Shown here piece after piece: positions 11,890-25,500 of a stretch of 64,000 nucleotides of DNA (the stretch's first letter is position 1; the number at the start of each line of letters is the position of its first letter). Position numbers and translations under genes: made by a program. This DNA comes from Phaeosaccion multiseriatum (Eukaryota; Protista; Ochrophyta, other classes): positions 4,340,001-4,404,000 of the forward strand of contig OZ218951.1 of assembly GCA_965112735.1 (NCBI GenBank). The letters are read 5' to 3'. The notes under the pieces are model-generated. The model ran no database searches. It saw only the letters and a list, made by a program, of their open reading frames with translations, and had not been told where the DNA came from.

Positions 11890-14800
11890 GTCTGTCGGCC
11901 TGTCCGTGCGTGCGTGCGTGTGTGCGCGTGTGTGTGCGTGCATGTGCGTGTGTTTGCGTGCGTATGTGTATGTACGTGTGCTTGCATGTGTGCCTGTTGG
12001 GGTCCACAGGTGCCGGACTCGCTCCCTCTGCAAGTGGACCTCTGTCTGCAGGTCATCGAGTGGTGCAGGTCAGTCAGTCACACGCAGTCTTTTGGGCAGA
12101 CAGACAGACAGGCAGGCAGGCAGACAGACGGGTAGACAAGGGCATATTGCCAGGAAGGGGCCGGGAAGGCAGGTAGAGACCAGACAGACCAGCTATTCAC
12201 CCACCCCCACACAAACCCACCCACCCACTGAATCGTTGACTTCACCCACAGAGCGGAGAAGCGAAGCTTCCTTCGTCAGCGTGTGCAGAGCCGCCTGGCC
12301 AACCTCCTATTCGAACAGGGCAAGTACCAGGAGGCCGTGACGCTCGTCAACAAGCTCCTCAGAGAGCTCAAGAAGCTTGACGACAAGCAGGTAGGCGTAG
12401 GTGGAGGCAGTAGGCGTAGGTTGAGGCAGTGGATACATGCGGGTAGGCGTAGGTGGAGGCAGTGGATACATGCGGGAAGGGGGGGGGGGGGACGTGCGTG
12501 TGTAAGAAGCTTGACGGACGAGCAGGCAGGGGGTTTGGGAGTGCACAAGGAGCTTGACGAGTCCCTCTCTCCCTCCCTCCCTCCCTCCTCTCTCTCTCCC
12601 TCCCTCCCTCCCTCCCTCCTCTCTCCCTCCCTCCCTCCCTCCTCTCTCCCTCCCTCCCTCCCTCCCCCTCCCTCCACCCACCAGCTGCTCGTGGACACCC
12701 ACCTGATCGAGGCGCGCATCCACAACGCCCTTCGCAACCTCCCCAAGTCCAAGGCGGCCCTCACCGCGGCTCGCACCTGTGGTAACGCCATCTACATCTC
12801 TCCCTTGGTCCAGGTAAGGGCTGTGTGTGTATGTGTGTGTGTGTGTGTGTCTACGTCTCCCTCTTGATGCAGGTGAAGTAAGTATTGCGCACATTTCGTT
12901 CTTAATTTTTTCCTTCCTTCCTTCCTTCCTTCCTTCCTTCCTTCCTTACTTACTTCCCATGCCTCCCATTTCTCTCCTCCGATTGACCTACTCCAATCGG
13001 TCATCCCATCCACTACCATCCCAGCCCATCCCATCCCATCCACTGCCATCCCATCCCATCCAACCCCAAACCCCCCAACCCACAACCCCAACTCCATCCA
13101 CACCCCTCTGTCCTATCACCCACTAACCCATCTTGTGTGGCGCCCACCCACCCTCTGTCCTGACACCCATCCACCCTCTGTTCTGACACCAACCCCGCAA
13201 CCTCCCAATCGACCAAAGGCTGAGCTGGATGAGATGAGCGGCATGCTTCACTGCGAGGAGCAGGACTACAAAACCGCTTTCAGTTACTTTCTGGAGGCCT
13301 ACGAGGCCTTCGATTCCTCCGGAGTGCCCAAGGCTTTGAGGTCTTTGAAGTACATGATGTTGTGCAAGGTGCTGCAGGGAAGCGCTACAGAGGTGAGTGG
13401 AAAGGGTGGGGAGGGTGGGTTGGTGTCAGGGCAGAGGGTAGGTGGGTGGGGGCGTGGGTGTGGGTGGGGAGGGTAGCATGTCAGGACATGGGGTGAGTGA
13501 GGTGGATGGCCGGGTGTCAGGACAGAGGATGGGTGGATTTGGGTTGTGTGGAGGGAGAGTGAAGGGGAGGAAGAGAGAGCGGGAGAGACGGGAAGAGTCA
13601 TGCATGTGCTTACGTCATGGCCTTCTATGCGCATCGAAGGCCTTCGGACTCGACCTCACATATCCCACACCTCTCTCTCCCCTCTCCTTCTCCCGTCTGT
13701 CCTCTCCTCTCTCCTTCCTCTCCCCCGTCTTCCCTCCTGTCTCTCCCATCTTCCGTCCCTCCCCCCCCTCTCTCCTCTCAATGCCCTATGCCCTGCCCCT
13801 TGCCCTGCCCCTACCTCACCAACCACCTCCCCCCCAAGGTGGGTGCCCTGATGTCCGGCAAGTGGGGCATCAAGCACTCTGGCGACGATCTGGATGCAAT
13901 GGCCGCTGTGGCTGAGGCCGCTAAGAACCGATCGCTCGAGGAGTACGACGCCGCCGTCAGCAAGAACGAGGTGAGTGAGGAAGAAAGTGAGGGGGGGGGT
14001 GAGGGGGAGGGAATGGGGAGGAGAGGGAATGGGGAGGAGAGGGAACGTCAGGAAGGGTACGTGAGAGGTCGAGAGGGGGTGGGGCGACGAGGGAGTGAGG
14101 GAGTGGGAGGGCGAGGAAGTTCACATGCCAATGCGAATGTGTGTGTTGTGTGGACGTGTATGTATGCGTATGTGCATGTGTGGTGTTTGTGCGCATGCTC
14201 TGTTTTCTTTCCCCGTAACGCCTCCCCTTACCTTCCCCACCTTACCAGCCATCTCCACCCGACCTTTATCTGACCACATCACCCTACCAACCCCCTCCTC
14301 ACCTCTATAACCCTGTCACAGGACCACCTGAGCAAGGACCTGTTGGTGAAGCACCACCTCCGCCACATGTACGACCAACTGCTGGAGGCCAACCTGTTGA
14401 AGATCATTGAGCCCTTCTCGGTGGTGGAGATTAGCCGAGTGGCAGAGCTCATTCGCCTTCCCCTGGACAAGGTACGGGGGTGGGCATACTCACTCACTCA
14501 CTCACTCACTCACTCACTCACCCGCCACTCACTCACTCTCACTCATTCGCTCACCCACTCTCTCACTTCTTCGCTCACTCATTCACTCGCACTCGCTCGC
14601 TCACTCACTCACTCACTCACTCACTCACTCACTCACTCACTCACTCACTCACTCACTAACTCAATCACTCACTCACTCACTCACTCGCTCACTCACTCAC
14701 TCACGCACCCCCCTCCGACTACCCACTCCCTCCCCACCCCTCTGGGACAAACAACAGGTGGAGCGCAAGCTGAGTCAAATGATCTTAGACAAGAAGATCT

Positions 14801-14952
14801 CCGGCATCCTTGATCAGGGCAAGGGGCATCTCATAGTGTATGAAGAGACCACCAACGACAAGTGCTTCTCCGATAGTTTGGAGGTCATCGGGAACATGGG
14901 GGATGTGGTCAACTCGCTCTTTTCAAGGGTACAGCTGAACCTGTGCCACTAA
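9482..14952 (+). CDS. RPN6: 26S proteasome regulatory lid subunit RPN6/PSMD11 (PCI domain), ~11 exons
   Basis: Exons give [131 protein letters not shown]. Confidence 0.97.
11730..11895. repeat. (TCTG)n microsatellite in an RPN6 intron
   Basis: Directly visible. Confidence 0.95.
14488..14703. repeat. (CACT)n microsatellite in an RPN6 intron
   Basis: Directly visible. Confidence 0.95.
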
Positions 14953-15334
14953 GCTGTGGTGCGGTGCGGTGTGGTGTGGTGTGGTGTGGTGTGGTGTGAT
15001 CATGATCAAACCGCAGCGAGCTGAACCTTTTGCGGTGGAGTGGAATAGCGAGGGAGAGAGAGGTCGATTCACGTTTCGCGAGGATGGCAGCTGAAGCTCA
15101 TGACACTGAAGTGTGCAAGTGGAAGCGAAGTGAAGTGAGAGAGAGAGAGAGCAGACGCACGCAAACACGCACGCACGCACGCACGCACGCACCCACTTAC
15201 GCAATCGCAGGGTGGCTCCATCCTTGCCTGGCGGGGCACGCTAAGAACGAGTCCTTTCTATATATATATATATATAAGAGGGCAAATCAAATCGAATGAA
15301 ACAGTCAGTCAGTCAGTCAGTCAGTCAGTGCCCC

Positions 15335-15695
15335 CTATCTTCCTCCTCCTCCACCTCCTGAGGCTGCAGGCTGATTGCTGCTGACAACTTGGTCCGTGCC
15401 GGTGGCGCACTCAGAGGTACTCGTTGTCAGGGCTTCGGCAAGTATAGACATTGCCATAATACCCCCTCCTCCTCCTCCTCCTGCTGCTGCTGCTGCTGCT
15501 GCTGTAGCTGCTGATGCTGATGTTGGTGCATCGGCCGCGGCAGTCGTTGCCAAGTGCTGCAGCTCAGCAAGACGGTCTTCGTTCATAGCGATGGCGAGGA
15601 GACGCTTTTTGTGCTCCATCTCGGGACTGGTGGTACTTGCCCCTGCGCTGCTGCTGCCCATATGACTGCCACTGCCCCCATGGTTGCTGGTGCTG

Positions 15696-15731
<36 letters not shown>

Positions 15732-18700
15732 TTGCTGCCCATGTAACTGCTACTGCTGCTACTGCCGCTGCCTATGTATGTGCTGGTGCTGGTGCTGCTG
15801 CTATTGCTGCCAAAGTTGGCGGTGCCGTATTTACTACCGTCGAGATGAGCGCTGCTCTCCTCCTCCCCCTCTTCCCAAGGTTCAGCGTCAAAGCAGGCGG
15901 CAAGAAAGTCCGCATCGCTGACAACACCGTCTTCACCCTCCGGTAGCCCAACCCCCCCCTGACTGCTGCCCAGATGACTGCTGCTGCTACTGCTGCATAC
16001 ACTGCTACTGCGACTGGCAGTGGGAATGAATGTCGTGGTGGTGTTGGCAGTGGTGTTGGCCGTCGTGGTGGCAGTGGTGGGACTGCTTCCTTCTTGGCTT
16101 CCCTCTCCGACCTTGCGGACAGCGAGGTCCGTCAGCGCGCTCGTAACCACGGCCAAACAGTAGCCCTCCTCCCCGAGCTTGAGGTGAGAGGGAAGGAGAG
16201 ACTCCGTCAAGGTCACTTGCGCCAGGACGTTGCGGAGAGGAGGCAAGGAAGTCCGTGCCTCCTCCTCCTCCTCCTCCTCCTCATCCCCTACCCCGGCTGT
16301 CACGTTAAGCAATGGGGTGGGTGGAGTGGAGTGGAGTGGAGTGGGGTGGGGTTGAGTGGATTGGAGTGGACAGGGTGGGTGGTGTGTGTGTGTGTGTACG
16401 TGCGAGCGAGTGGGCATCCTACGTCGCAGTACCCCCCCCCCCCCTCCTTCCCAATAGCACACATACACACCTGCGTTAGTGCTCCAGCCCTCGACATCCA
16501 ATCTGTAAGCTGCCAAGATCACAAAGCCCATAATCGGCAGTAGATCATCCGCCGCCACAGGAGGAGGGGATGGCACCGACTGCGGAAGAGATACATCCAA
16601 CTCCTCCTTCTCCTCTTTCTCCTTCCTGGTCCGCTTGCAACTGTAACTGTAGTACCGCTGCACCGCTGCCACCACCGCCCGCACAGAGCGCACCAGACAC
16701 GCCGCCTTGGCAACTGGCGATGGCGCTTCCTGCATGTCGAGCAGGGCAAGGATGGCGTGTCGATAGGCTGCTCTTGATCGCAAGTGTCGGCATCTGATTC
16801 TGTGGCTGCGTCGTTGCCCCCTCGGCTTGCGCTGCATGCCCACCTCATCCTCCTCCTCTTCATTCTCCTCCTTCTCCTCCTCGGCGTTTGCGTCAGGCCT
16901 TTCAGACCCGTCCAGGCGTAAGGCGGTTGGCACCCCACACTGCTCCATCACGCTCTGAGAGTGGTACATAGAGATGAGAGGGGGAGAGAGAGGGGGAGAT
17001 AGAAGACACACACACGCACATAGAAGAGAGAAACAGAGAGGACGAGAGAGTGGTTGAGAGACAAGAGAGGGGGGGGAGGAGAGCGAGAGACTACGGGAGA
17101 GGGAGAACAGAGAGACAGACTCAGCAGAGAGAGAGGCGAGACAGCTGAAGACGTGCAAGGTGGGCGCTGACTGGTGCGAGGAGGACAAGATCGCTCGGAG
17201 GAAAGAACCCGATGGAGTAAGTGGTCAGGACAAGGAGAAGAAGAAGAAGAAGAAGAAGAAGAAGGAGGAGGAGGAGGGGGGGGGGAAGGAGGAGAAGGAG
17301 GAGGAGGAGGAGGAGGAGAGGAGAGAAGGAGGAGGGTGAGAACGAGGAGGACGATGAGGAGGAGGGTGGAGGATTAAGAGGGGGAGGAGAAGGAGGAGGC
17401 GAAGGAGGAGGAGGAGCAGAAGGAGGAGGAGGAGGCTTTCCGGTCGGTCCTTACAAGACTCTTTGCCTCTCACCTTGATCGTCCTTGTCCTTGCCGCCCC
17501 CCCCTCGCCCCTGCCTCTAAGGGCGGCCAAACCGACCATGTCTTGCATCCTCTCCTTCAGCGCCTCCTCCTCGCGAATGTACAGGGCACTCAGGACAATG
17601 CCCACTTCCGGCACCTGCGGCATTAGCGCGCCTTGTCGTGGTTGAAGTTGAAGTTGTTGTTGTAGTTGTTGATGTTGGTGGTGGGTGGTGTAGTGGTGCA
17701 CAAGGAGAGTGAAGGAGGGAGGGGGAAGAGAGAGGGAGAGGAAGAGCGCAAGCGAGGGGCCAGCGGTGAGCTCGAGCGAGGACGGACGCACAGCGTACAC
17801 ACACACACAGCACACACACACACACGCACCCACACTATCTACAAACGATCAATAGTAGGTCCAAGGTCTATCGAAGGTCCAACTAAGTTCCAACTCACCC
17901 AAGACGGCTTCAAGAAGGAGGTTCCTCGCCTCCCCGCTGCCCCTCTCGCTGTCCTCACAGATGACAACATGCCACTTCCAAAGCAGCGCGTTGTGCAGGT
18001 GCAGGGCAATCTCGCCCACCATTCGAATCATTCGCCGCAGCCACACCACCAAAGGAACTGCACCCAGTTGATCGGGAGCCCCTCCTCTTCTTCCTCCCCC
18101 TTCTCCTCCTCCCCCTCCTGTCCGCCCTCCTCCGCCCTCTGCTGCCATCTGTAGCAGCTGAGACAGGGCGTGACGCATGGCACCAGGAAAGATGGACCTA
18201 AGGAGGAGCAAGCACTGAGAGAGGGCCCTTCCCAGAGAGTGAAGACCGAGGGTGATACCGACTCTTGTCAGCAGCACCTCGGCATCGCTAGACATGAGGG
18301 CCGGGGGGACTGTAACAGAAGATCGAAGAGAGAGAGAGAGAGATGGGGAGTGAGAGGTAGGGGGAGGGAGAGGAAGAGGAGGTTGGAGAGGGAGAGGAGG
18401 GTGAGAGAGAGAGGGTGAGGGAGAGAAGAAAGAGAGAGAGCCAGGCACAGACACGCCAGGACCTCCCTCAGTCCTCAAGCTTAGACAGTCCTCAAGCTCA
18501 GACAGTCCTCAGGCTCAGACAGTCCTCAGGCTCAGACAGTCCTCAGGCTCAGACAGTCCTCAGGCTCAGACAGTCCTCAGGCTCAAACAGTCCTCAGGCT
18601 CAGACAGTCCTCAGGCTCAGACTGGTCTTCAGGCCACCTATATATCTACATGTCTATATGCCTGTTCGCTCATACGCCTGCCTGCCCATTTGCCTTTGTG

Positions 18701-20546
18701 GCCGTTACTCACCTCTCAGCACGCACTGCAGATAGGCCTCGAGGCAGCGTCTGACATCGGAGCGGGCCGCGGGCTCTGCCAGGCTTCCTTGGCCTTTCAT
18801 TGCCACCGACAGCTGCTGCAGCGTCTGAAGCGACATACACACACAAAAGGGACATGCGTAGCACACACACACACGCATGCACACATTCACACATTATTCG
18901 TCAGAGAGGCTTGCCTTCTCGGATAACTGAGAGAGAACGCGAGAGAGAGAGGCAGAGAAAGAGAGAGCGAACGCGCAATAAAGATGAAACACACACACGC
19001 GCACACCTTAGCGAGCTGTTTCTGCATGGCTTCGTCCATGGTCCTACTTGTCACCAAGCGCAACCCGTCCACGCTCTGATCGTTCTCCCTCTCCGGCACG
19101 TGCTCGAAGAGTAGCTCCAGGGGGTGTGCCTCAAGCTCAAGTCCTTCGTCTACATCCACGTCCTCCTCCATCCCATCTTGGTATTGGGCATCGTCGTCAT
19201 CAATGCCCAACAGGTCCCCACCCTGCCCCTGCTCCTGGCCTTGCCCAGCAGTACTCCTTATTCTTCTCCTCCTCCTTCTCCTCCTGTTGGCGTTGGTACT
19301 GGCGCCCCCTCCGCTGCTGCTACCATGGTGCATGTAACGCCTCTGTTGTCGTCTCTGCCAATCCTCCTGTACCTCTTCCAAGCTCCGCGCCACAGTGGAG
19401 TATCCGAAGCCGTCCTGCTGCTGCTGCTGCTGCTGCTCCGCTGCGTCCATAGCACCACTCTGGTATGCGTGGCCGTCCGTCGATCGAGGACGTTGACCGA
19501 AGAGCGGATGGAGGAGGAGTGTCCGTGCGTAAATGAGGGGAGGGGAGGGGGGAGGGGGCAGGGGGGAAAGGCAAGGGCGAAGGGCGATGTTTGTTTTTTA
19601 TTGGATGGATGGTATGATTGGAGTGGCATCGCCGTCCATCCGCCACAGTTAGTAGCAGCAAGAGGTGCATGCAAAGGCCTCTCCCCTCCCCCCCCCCCCT
19701 GTTCTTCTCTCCTTCCCTCTCTCCCTCTCCCTCTCCGCGGCACATTTTGGGCACACTCACCCACTGTCTTAGAAGGGGGGGGTGCTGACTCGCCATCATG
19801 CCCTGCCAAAGTTCCGCGACCTTCGCCGCCTTACCCTTCTCCTCCTTTCTCCTCTCCGTGTGCCATAAGTGCCTCTCCTCCACAACGCTATTGTGGCGTA
19901 GCCGTAAGGTCGTCATCTTTTGCCGCCGCTGCGCGTCGAGGGCGACGGCTTGACGAGCCTTCAGGACCGCATTGACGTTGGCCTCCTTCACGGACTTACT
20001 CCCTTCCTGCTGTTGCAGTTGTCGGCCCTGCTCCAGAAGCTATGCATGTCATGGGGGAGAGCAGAGGGGGGAGGGGGGGGCGCGAGGCAGCCAGCAGGGG
20101 TATGACCTCTGAAATAATATCAAACGTGAAATGCCCGCCTCCTTCTTGAAATACCTGCACGGAGCCCAGCATCATCACACCCATCTATCTCTCACCTTTT
20201 GGATGGCCGCCTTTGCCCTCCTCTCCGACAGCTGCACTTCATACTTGGCCTGCTCGGCGTGCCAATCGTAGGACAAGGGCTGGAGCTGCCGGCGAAAGTC
20301 CGCTCCTGCGATACTAGGCTTCCGGGTGGAGGTCGGTCGTGGTGGAAGCGGCGGCGGTTTCTTTTTACGCGATTGCTGTGACGGTGGCTCTTGTCGATCA
20401 CGGGGGGGAGGGGGGGGCTGAGGTGGCACCACCTCCCGACTACTCGCAAGATACTCGGGTTGCTCTGTCCCCCCTTGAAGCTCCTCTCCGCCAAATAAGC
20501 TCTCCTCCAAGTCAAGCTCGAAGTCGTCTTCTCCCGCATCCACCAT
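15335..20546 (-). CDS. VPS9-domain protein (Rab5-family GEF), multi-exon, low-complexity termini
   Basis: C-terminal exons: AILALLDMQEAPSPVAKAACLVRSVRAV...AADDLLPIMGFVILAA...GEEGYCLAVVTSAL (VPS9 ADDLLP and GExGY motifs). Upstream exons lie at ~17470-17630, 17930-18290, 18710-18830, 19005-19500, 19835-20040 and 20196-20546. The start is uncertain. Confidence 0.75.
18469..18621. repeat. Minisatellite: 9 x 17-bp CAGTCCTCAGGCTCAGA in a VPS9-gene intron
   Basis: 153 bp = 9 head-to-tail units with few substitutions and no spacers. Confidence 0.95.
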
Positions 20547-21129
20547 TTCTCTTTTTGCTCGCTCCTCATCTTCCAGAGGATCCAGCGTGTACAATTTTAC
20601 TATTAGGCGGGTGTTTTACTATTATGCTCTCCATTCGCTCTTTACCGCTCTCTATCCCCGCGCCTTTCACTATCCTACACGATACAAGCGCCCCCCCTCC
20701 TATCCCACACACTGATCTCCCACTCTACTACGTTGTGGGGCCTTTGCTCCACTCGCGTTGGTGCCTTCGACCTACTTGCACGCATCCGAGGAGTGGGGCG
20801 GATGTCCTCATGAGTAGTACCCCAGCTTTTCTTCCTCTCTTCCTCGGCTCACGCCACCACCATTTCACCTTCCCAGCGCCGACTCCACACCGCAGGCGAG
20901 ATACACACGCCCCTTTCATCATGCCATCTCCTCCGCCACCTCCTGCAGCACCTCAAGGCTAAGCAACCTCTCTGCGACACCTTCAGCCTCCCTTCCTTGC
21001 CAAAGAGACGGTCAGTGCCCCGCATCAGGTCCAACGCGCTTTGTGACGCAAATGCTGTCTGTCCGTGGCCAGAAGGAATTGAAGCTCCTGCATCGTTGAG
21101 CTCTCGCGCTTTTGTCAAGGCCTTTGCCA

Positions 21130-21935
21130 GTGAGGCCCCTTCGAGGAGAGCAGCTCCAGCGTCGCCCCGCTGTGGCCTTTCATTGCCGCATGAAACAAGG
21201 GCATTCCACCGCCGTGCATAGCTATTGCTCTCATTGTCAGGATCAGCCCCCCGCAGACAGCAGCACACGGATCATTGCCCCACGGCAATTCACAGTAGCC
21301 GTCAACAAAGGTGCAACCCCATTGCTGTTCAGCATCTCCACATCGGTCGCTCATGAGATGAGCTCCTCCACGACCCGAGCATGGCCCCTTCCGTTTCGAT
21401 GCCCTTCAAAACTGTGGTAGAGCTGCCTCGCTCTTCGCACACCCTACCATCAACGCTGTTCTCCCCGCCTCACCGCTACGGCTCTCAGGGTCATTCCGTC
21501 GCGGCTGTTATGAGTCGCTCGTACTTTCTGCTAGATTTCCACATTCACATCTACCCCGGAGGTGATGAGCAGCTGCGTGACCCTGTGGTGTCCGTGTTAT
21601 GTCTCCATCACTACTAAGGGGGTGCGGCCATCAAAATCTCGTACACCCACGTGGTGAGGATTCGCGCCGGCCGAAAGCAGCTGCTGCTCCACGGCACGGC
21701 ATAATGCCCGGTCTAGGAGGCAAGCGGCAAGGCTTCAACACCTTCGAAATCTGCCTTTTCGACCTCGCTCCGCGCCGACAGAGTGGAGCAGCTGGAAGAT
21801 ACTTTCGTGTCCTTCCTCCACAAGTGAGGCTTGAGGATGGAGCGCCGTACGCCCCTTCCTCGTCACCCAGTCCACCTCTGCCCCCGCCGACAGCAGTTCC
21901 TGCGCCACTCCATGAAAGTCGTAGTCTGCCGAAGC
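21130..21935 (-). pseudogene. Degenerate ankyrin-repeat gene fragment (C-terminal part)
   Basis: Minus-strand pieces broken by stops/frameshifts: FHGVAQELLSAGAEVDWVTRKGRTALH; EEGHESIFQLLHSVGAE; QQLLSAGANPH..RDFDGRTPLVVMET*HGHHRVTQLLITSGVDVNVE; GHARVVEELIS*ATDVEMLNSNGVAPLLTA..MIRVLLSAG; MPLFHAAMKGHSGATLELL. Confidence 0.8.
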
Positions 21936-22561
21936 CCACTAGTACTAGATCAGGCCTTCTCGGCTCAGGCTGCCCCTCCTCCTTCTTGTTCCCCTCCCCC
22001 TCTTCAACCCCTCTTTCTTGTCCTTCACCTTCTTCTCCTTCTTCTCCTCCTCCCCCACCCCTCTCTCTCTCTTATTGCCCCTCGCTCGCGCTGCCTTGCT
22101 CTGCCTCTGCTGTTGCTTGTGGGTATGGGGGGCGGGGGGAGGGCTTAAATATATATTACACCCTTACAAGGTGGTGCTTCGGGCTGCGCCCTCGGCAGGG
22201 AGGAAGAGGAGGGGAGAAGAGGGTTGGAGTTGGCAAGAAGTGGGAGGAGAAGGGAGAGTGGAGGAGCGTGAGCGAGGAAGGTGAGGAAGGAGGAGGGACA
22301 CACAAATGGCGAGTGCAAATTCTAATTAATTATTCTTTATTCTGGAGCCGAATACACCCTTAAGTGCCATCTATGGTTGTCGGGAGGGATTTGAGTAATA
22401 ATAAGTCAAGGAAACATTCTGTGTGAGATGAGATCACGCTTAAGCCTCCTCCTCCACAGAACATACGACTCTAATTAACAAGAGACACAAGCAGCAGCAG
22501 GCACCAGATAGGAGGTGGCTGTCAGGAGAGGGTGCAGCGGGTTCCAGAAGTAGAGGGCTCC

Positions 22562-25500
22562 ATGGTGATCATGGGCCGTGCAAAAGAGAGCGGCGAGAAG
22601 GGCGGCCCTCGTGTGACCCCGGGCGACATTGCCATTGTGGGAATGGGCTGTCGCCTTCCTGGGGGTGCCAACTCTGCCCGTGAGCTATGGGAACTGCTCT
22701 GCAGGGAGGGTAGCGGCATAACAGACCAGCCTACCGACAGGTGAGTCTTCTTGGAGACGGCCGTGTAGCTAGCGATGCGCTGCATGCGCTTGATGGCTTT
22801 GCCCCACGAGCTAAGGGTTGATACAGACAGAATCCTCGTGTCTTTGACTTTCTTGAGACTATTTCCTTGAGCTGAGCACAAGTGCCAGTCTGTTGCTGGA
22901 CTCGCTGCTGGAGCATTCGACTTGCTTCGGGCAGCAGTCCCCAGCGAGATTGGGATAAGAAGGCTCTGGGGCACTGAGTGAGGAGCGAGAGAGGGGAATC
23001 GCCGAAGGGGCGTGGTCATGGCTGGCTGGCTGCTCTTTCTCTCACTCACTCTGGCCGGCTGCTGTGTTGCCTTCAGATAGGCACACTGCCCACTTTCTTT
23101 AGAAGGTAGCTACCGAGTTCCCGACAAAGAGGGAAATTCTTACCTTATGTTTAAGGAAGCTTTCCAATCGGTCTATACGGGTTCAGGAGTGAGAAAGGGG
23201 GCCAGCCGCCCCCTCAGATCCGCCCTTATGCTACCCTTACATAACTGCCTACAGCCACAGCAAATAGTCACCTAAGTAGCCAAACCAAACACCTCCCTCC
23301 TCCGCGCCTCGCTCTCTCAGATGGGAGCCTGGGGCCCTGGACAAGCTCAAGAACGGCGGAGGCGTATACCCGACCCGGGGGGGCTTCCTACCCAACGTAG
23401 AGCTGTTCGACAACGCGTTTTTCAGCATTCCGGACACGGAGGCAGCCGCCATGGATCCTCAGCAGCGAGGTGAGCAAGGCTTCGCCGGAAAGGCGGGTCG
23501 GCGACAAGTCGGCTTTCTTTCCTGCCCCCCTTTCTTCTGCGCGTGCCAGACTTCTTGTTGTATCCCTCGTACCCTCCGAGTGCATTTCTTCAAGGAATCT
23601 GAAGACTTCTTGCGGGCTCTCCCCTCTCCCTCTTGCGTTTCTCCACTCGCGCCGGCACACGCAGTCATGCTGGAGGTGGCAGTCGAGGCCTTCCACGACG
23701 CGGGCTTCGGAAAGGAGGCTCTTGCCGGCAGCCGAACAGGTGCGTCGATGACCTCTCTAGTAGTGATGACTTCTCAGCGTTACATACTGTTTGTTTGGCG
23801 AGGTGCCAGTCCCTGCCTGCACTCTATTTCTGATGACGATAAGACCTCCAGTAGTACTGCACCACCCTACCTTTTGCCTGCGGTCCTGCTTGTTGACTGT
23901 CACATGCTCTTGTCCACGAACGGCCCAGGCGTGTTCATTGGGTGCGGCAGCGGAGACTGGACCTCGAGAATGCAGTCCCACGCTCCTGGCCCGTACGTCG
24001 CTACCGGCGCCTCGGAGGCCCTCGTGTCCAATCGGGTCTCCTTCGCTCTCGATCTGACGGGACCCTCCCAGACTGTCAACACCGCCTCGTCCTCCGCTCT
24101 CGTGGCCGTGCACCAGGCCTGCCGAGGCCTTCAGAGCGGCGATTGCGACATGGCCCTGGCTGGAGGGGTGTCCATCATGACCAGTCCCGAGGCCTGCTCC
24201 GCCATGTCCTTCCTGCACGTGCTGTCGCCTGACCAGCTGTGCATGACCTTCGACGCCTACGCCAATGGCTACGTGAGAGGAGGTGAGCAGGAATCGATGA
24301 TGTGAATGACTCATGACATGTGGGAGGAGGCTGGTTTCCGAAACGGCTTTCATCTCTTCATCCAGGCGAGTCACGGTCCCACTCATCGCTCACTTCTGTT
24401 GTCGAAATGTGTGTGTGTGTGTGTGTCTGTCTGTTTGTTTGTTTGCTTGCTTGTTTTTTTGTTTGTTTGTTTGTTTGTCTGTGGGTGAGAGCAGAGGGCT
24501 GTGGCGGTGTCGTGCTCAAGCGCCTCGCAGATGCCACAGAGGCCGATGACACCGTCTTGGCGGTGATCCGAGGCTCCTGCGTCAACCACACGGGCCTCGG
24601 CCCGACCCTCACCGCCCCCAGCGAAGCCGCGCAGCGGGCTGCGGTATTCGACGCTGTGGCGGAGGCAGGCGTCGCCCTGTCGGACGTGAGCTACGTCGAG
24701 GCGCACGGCACAGGCACGCCCCTCGGGGACAGCACGGAGTGGGCGTCCATCGCCGCTACCTACGGAGACCCCAACCTCGCGGGCGATCGCCCTCTCGTCA
24801 TCGGAGCCGTCAAGACCAACATCGGGCACGCGGAGGGCGCGGCGGGCATCGCGGGCCTCATCAAGGCTGTGCTCGTGCTCAGGCACGGCCAAGCACCCCC
24901 CAACCTCAACCTTTCCACGCTGAGCCCCGCACTCAAGACGGAGGACAACACCGCGGTACTGCCCCCCCTCGGTCGCATGACTACAATTCAGAGCCGAATC
25001 GGAGGTGCGTGAGGGTACTCTTGTTTTAAGCGTTGCTTTTGCATAAACTCATACCTCCTAGTCTGAATAGAGTCGTGAAGGGGGGAAATGGGAGGAAGAT
25101 TAGCAACGTATCATGCTTGTCCTCGGTGCCCGCCTTGCTTGAATGCTGAGTGGGACTACGCCCTCACCCAAGCGTCATCTTTCTTCCCGTGGTCATGGGT
25201 CGCCAAACAGAAATGCTTTCTTGAGTGCGCATGCACTATGGTAAATAATGCCCTGACTAATCCTCCCTCGATCCTCCCTCGTCCTCTCTCGTGCTGGTTG
25301 CTTTGCTCTCTTCTTCCCCTTGCAGCCGTCAACTCCTTTGGGTTTGGCGGCGCCAATGCCCACGTCATCCTGCAGGGGACGCCCATCCGCCCGTCTGAGA
25401 AGAGGTCCGAAGTGACACAGCCCCTCTTCAAGAACAGGAAGGCGTTCAAGTTGCTACCCGCCCTACCAACATCCGCTGGAAGCTCCTTGGCCACAGAGCT

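Noticed and set aside
18469-18621. Regular 17-bp repeat as a CRISPR array
   Set aside because: Units are head-to-tail with no spacers, there are no cas genes, and it lies in a eukaryotic intron: a minisatellite.
597-20546. Neighbouring genes as a biosynthetic cluster with the PKS
   Set aside because: b561, ispE, RPN6, VPS9 and the channel are housekeeping-type. No trans-AT, PPTase, TE or tailoring gene is visible in the window.
23197-23226. GGGGGC..GCCCCCTCAGATCCGCCC resembling a Harbinger-type transposon end in PKS intron 1
   Set aside because: No matching opposite terminus or TSD found.
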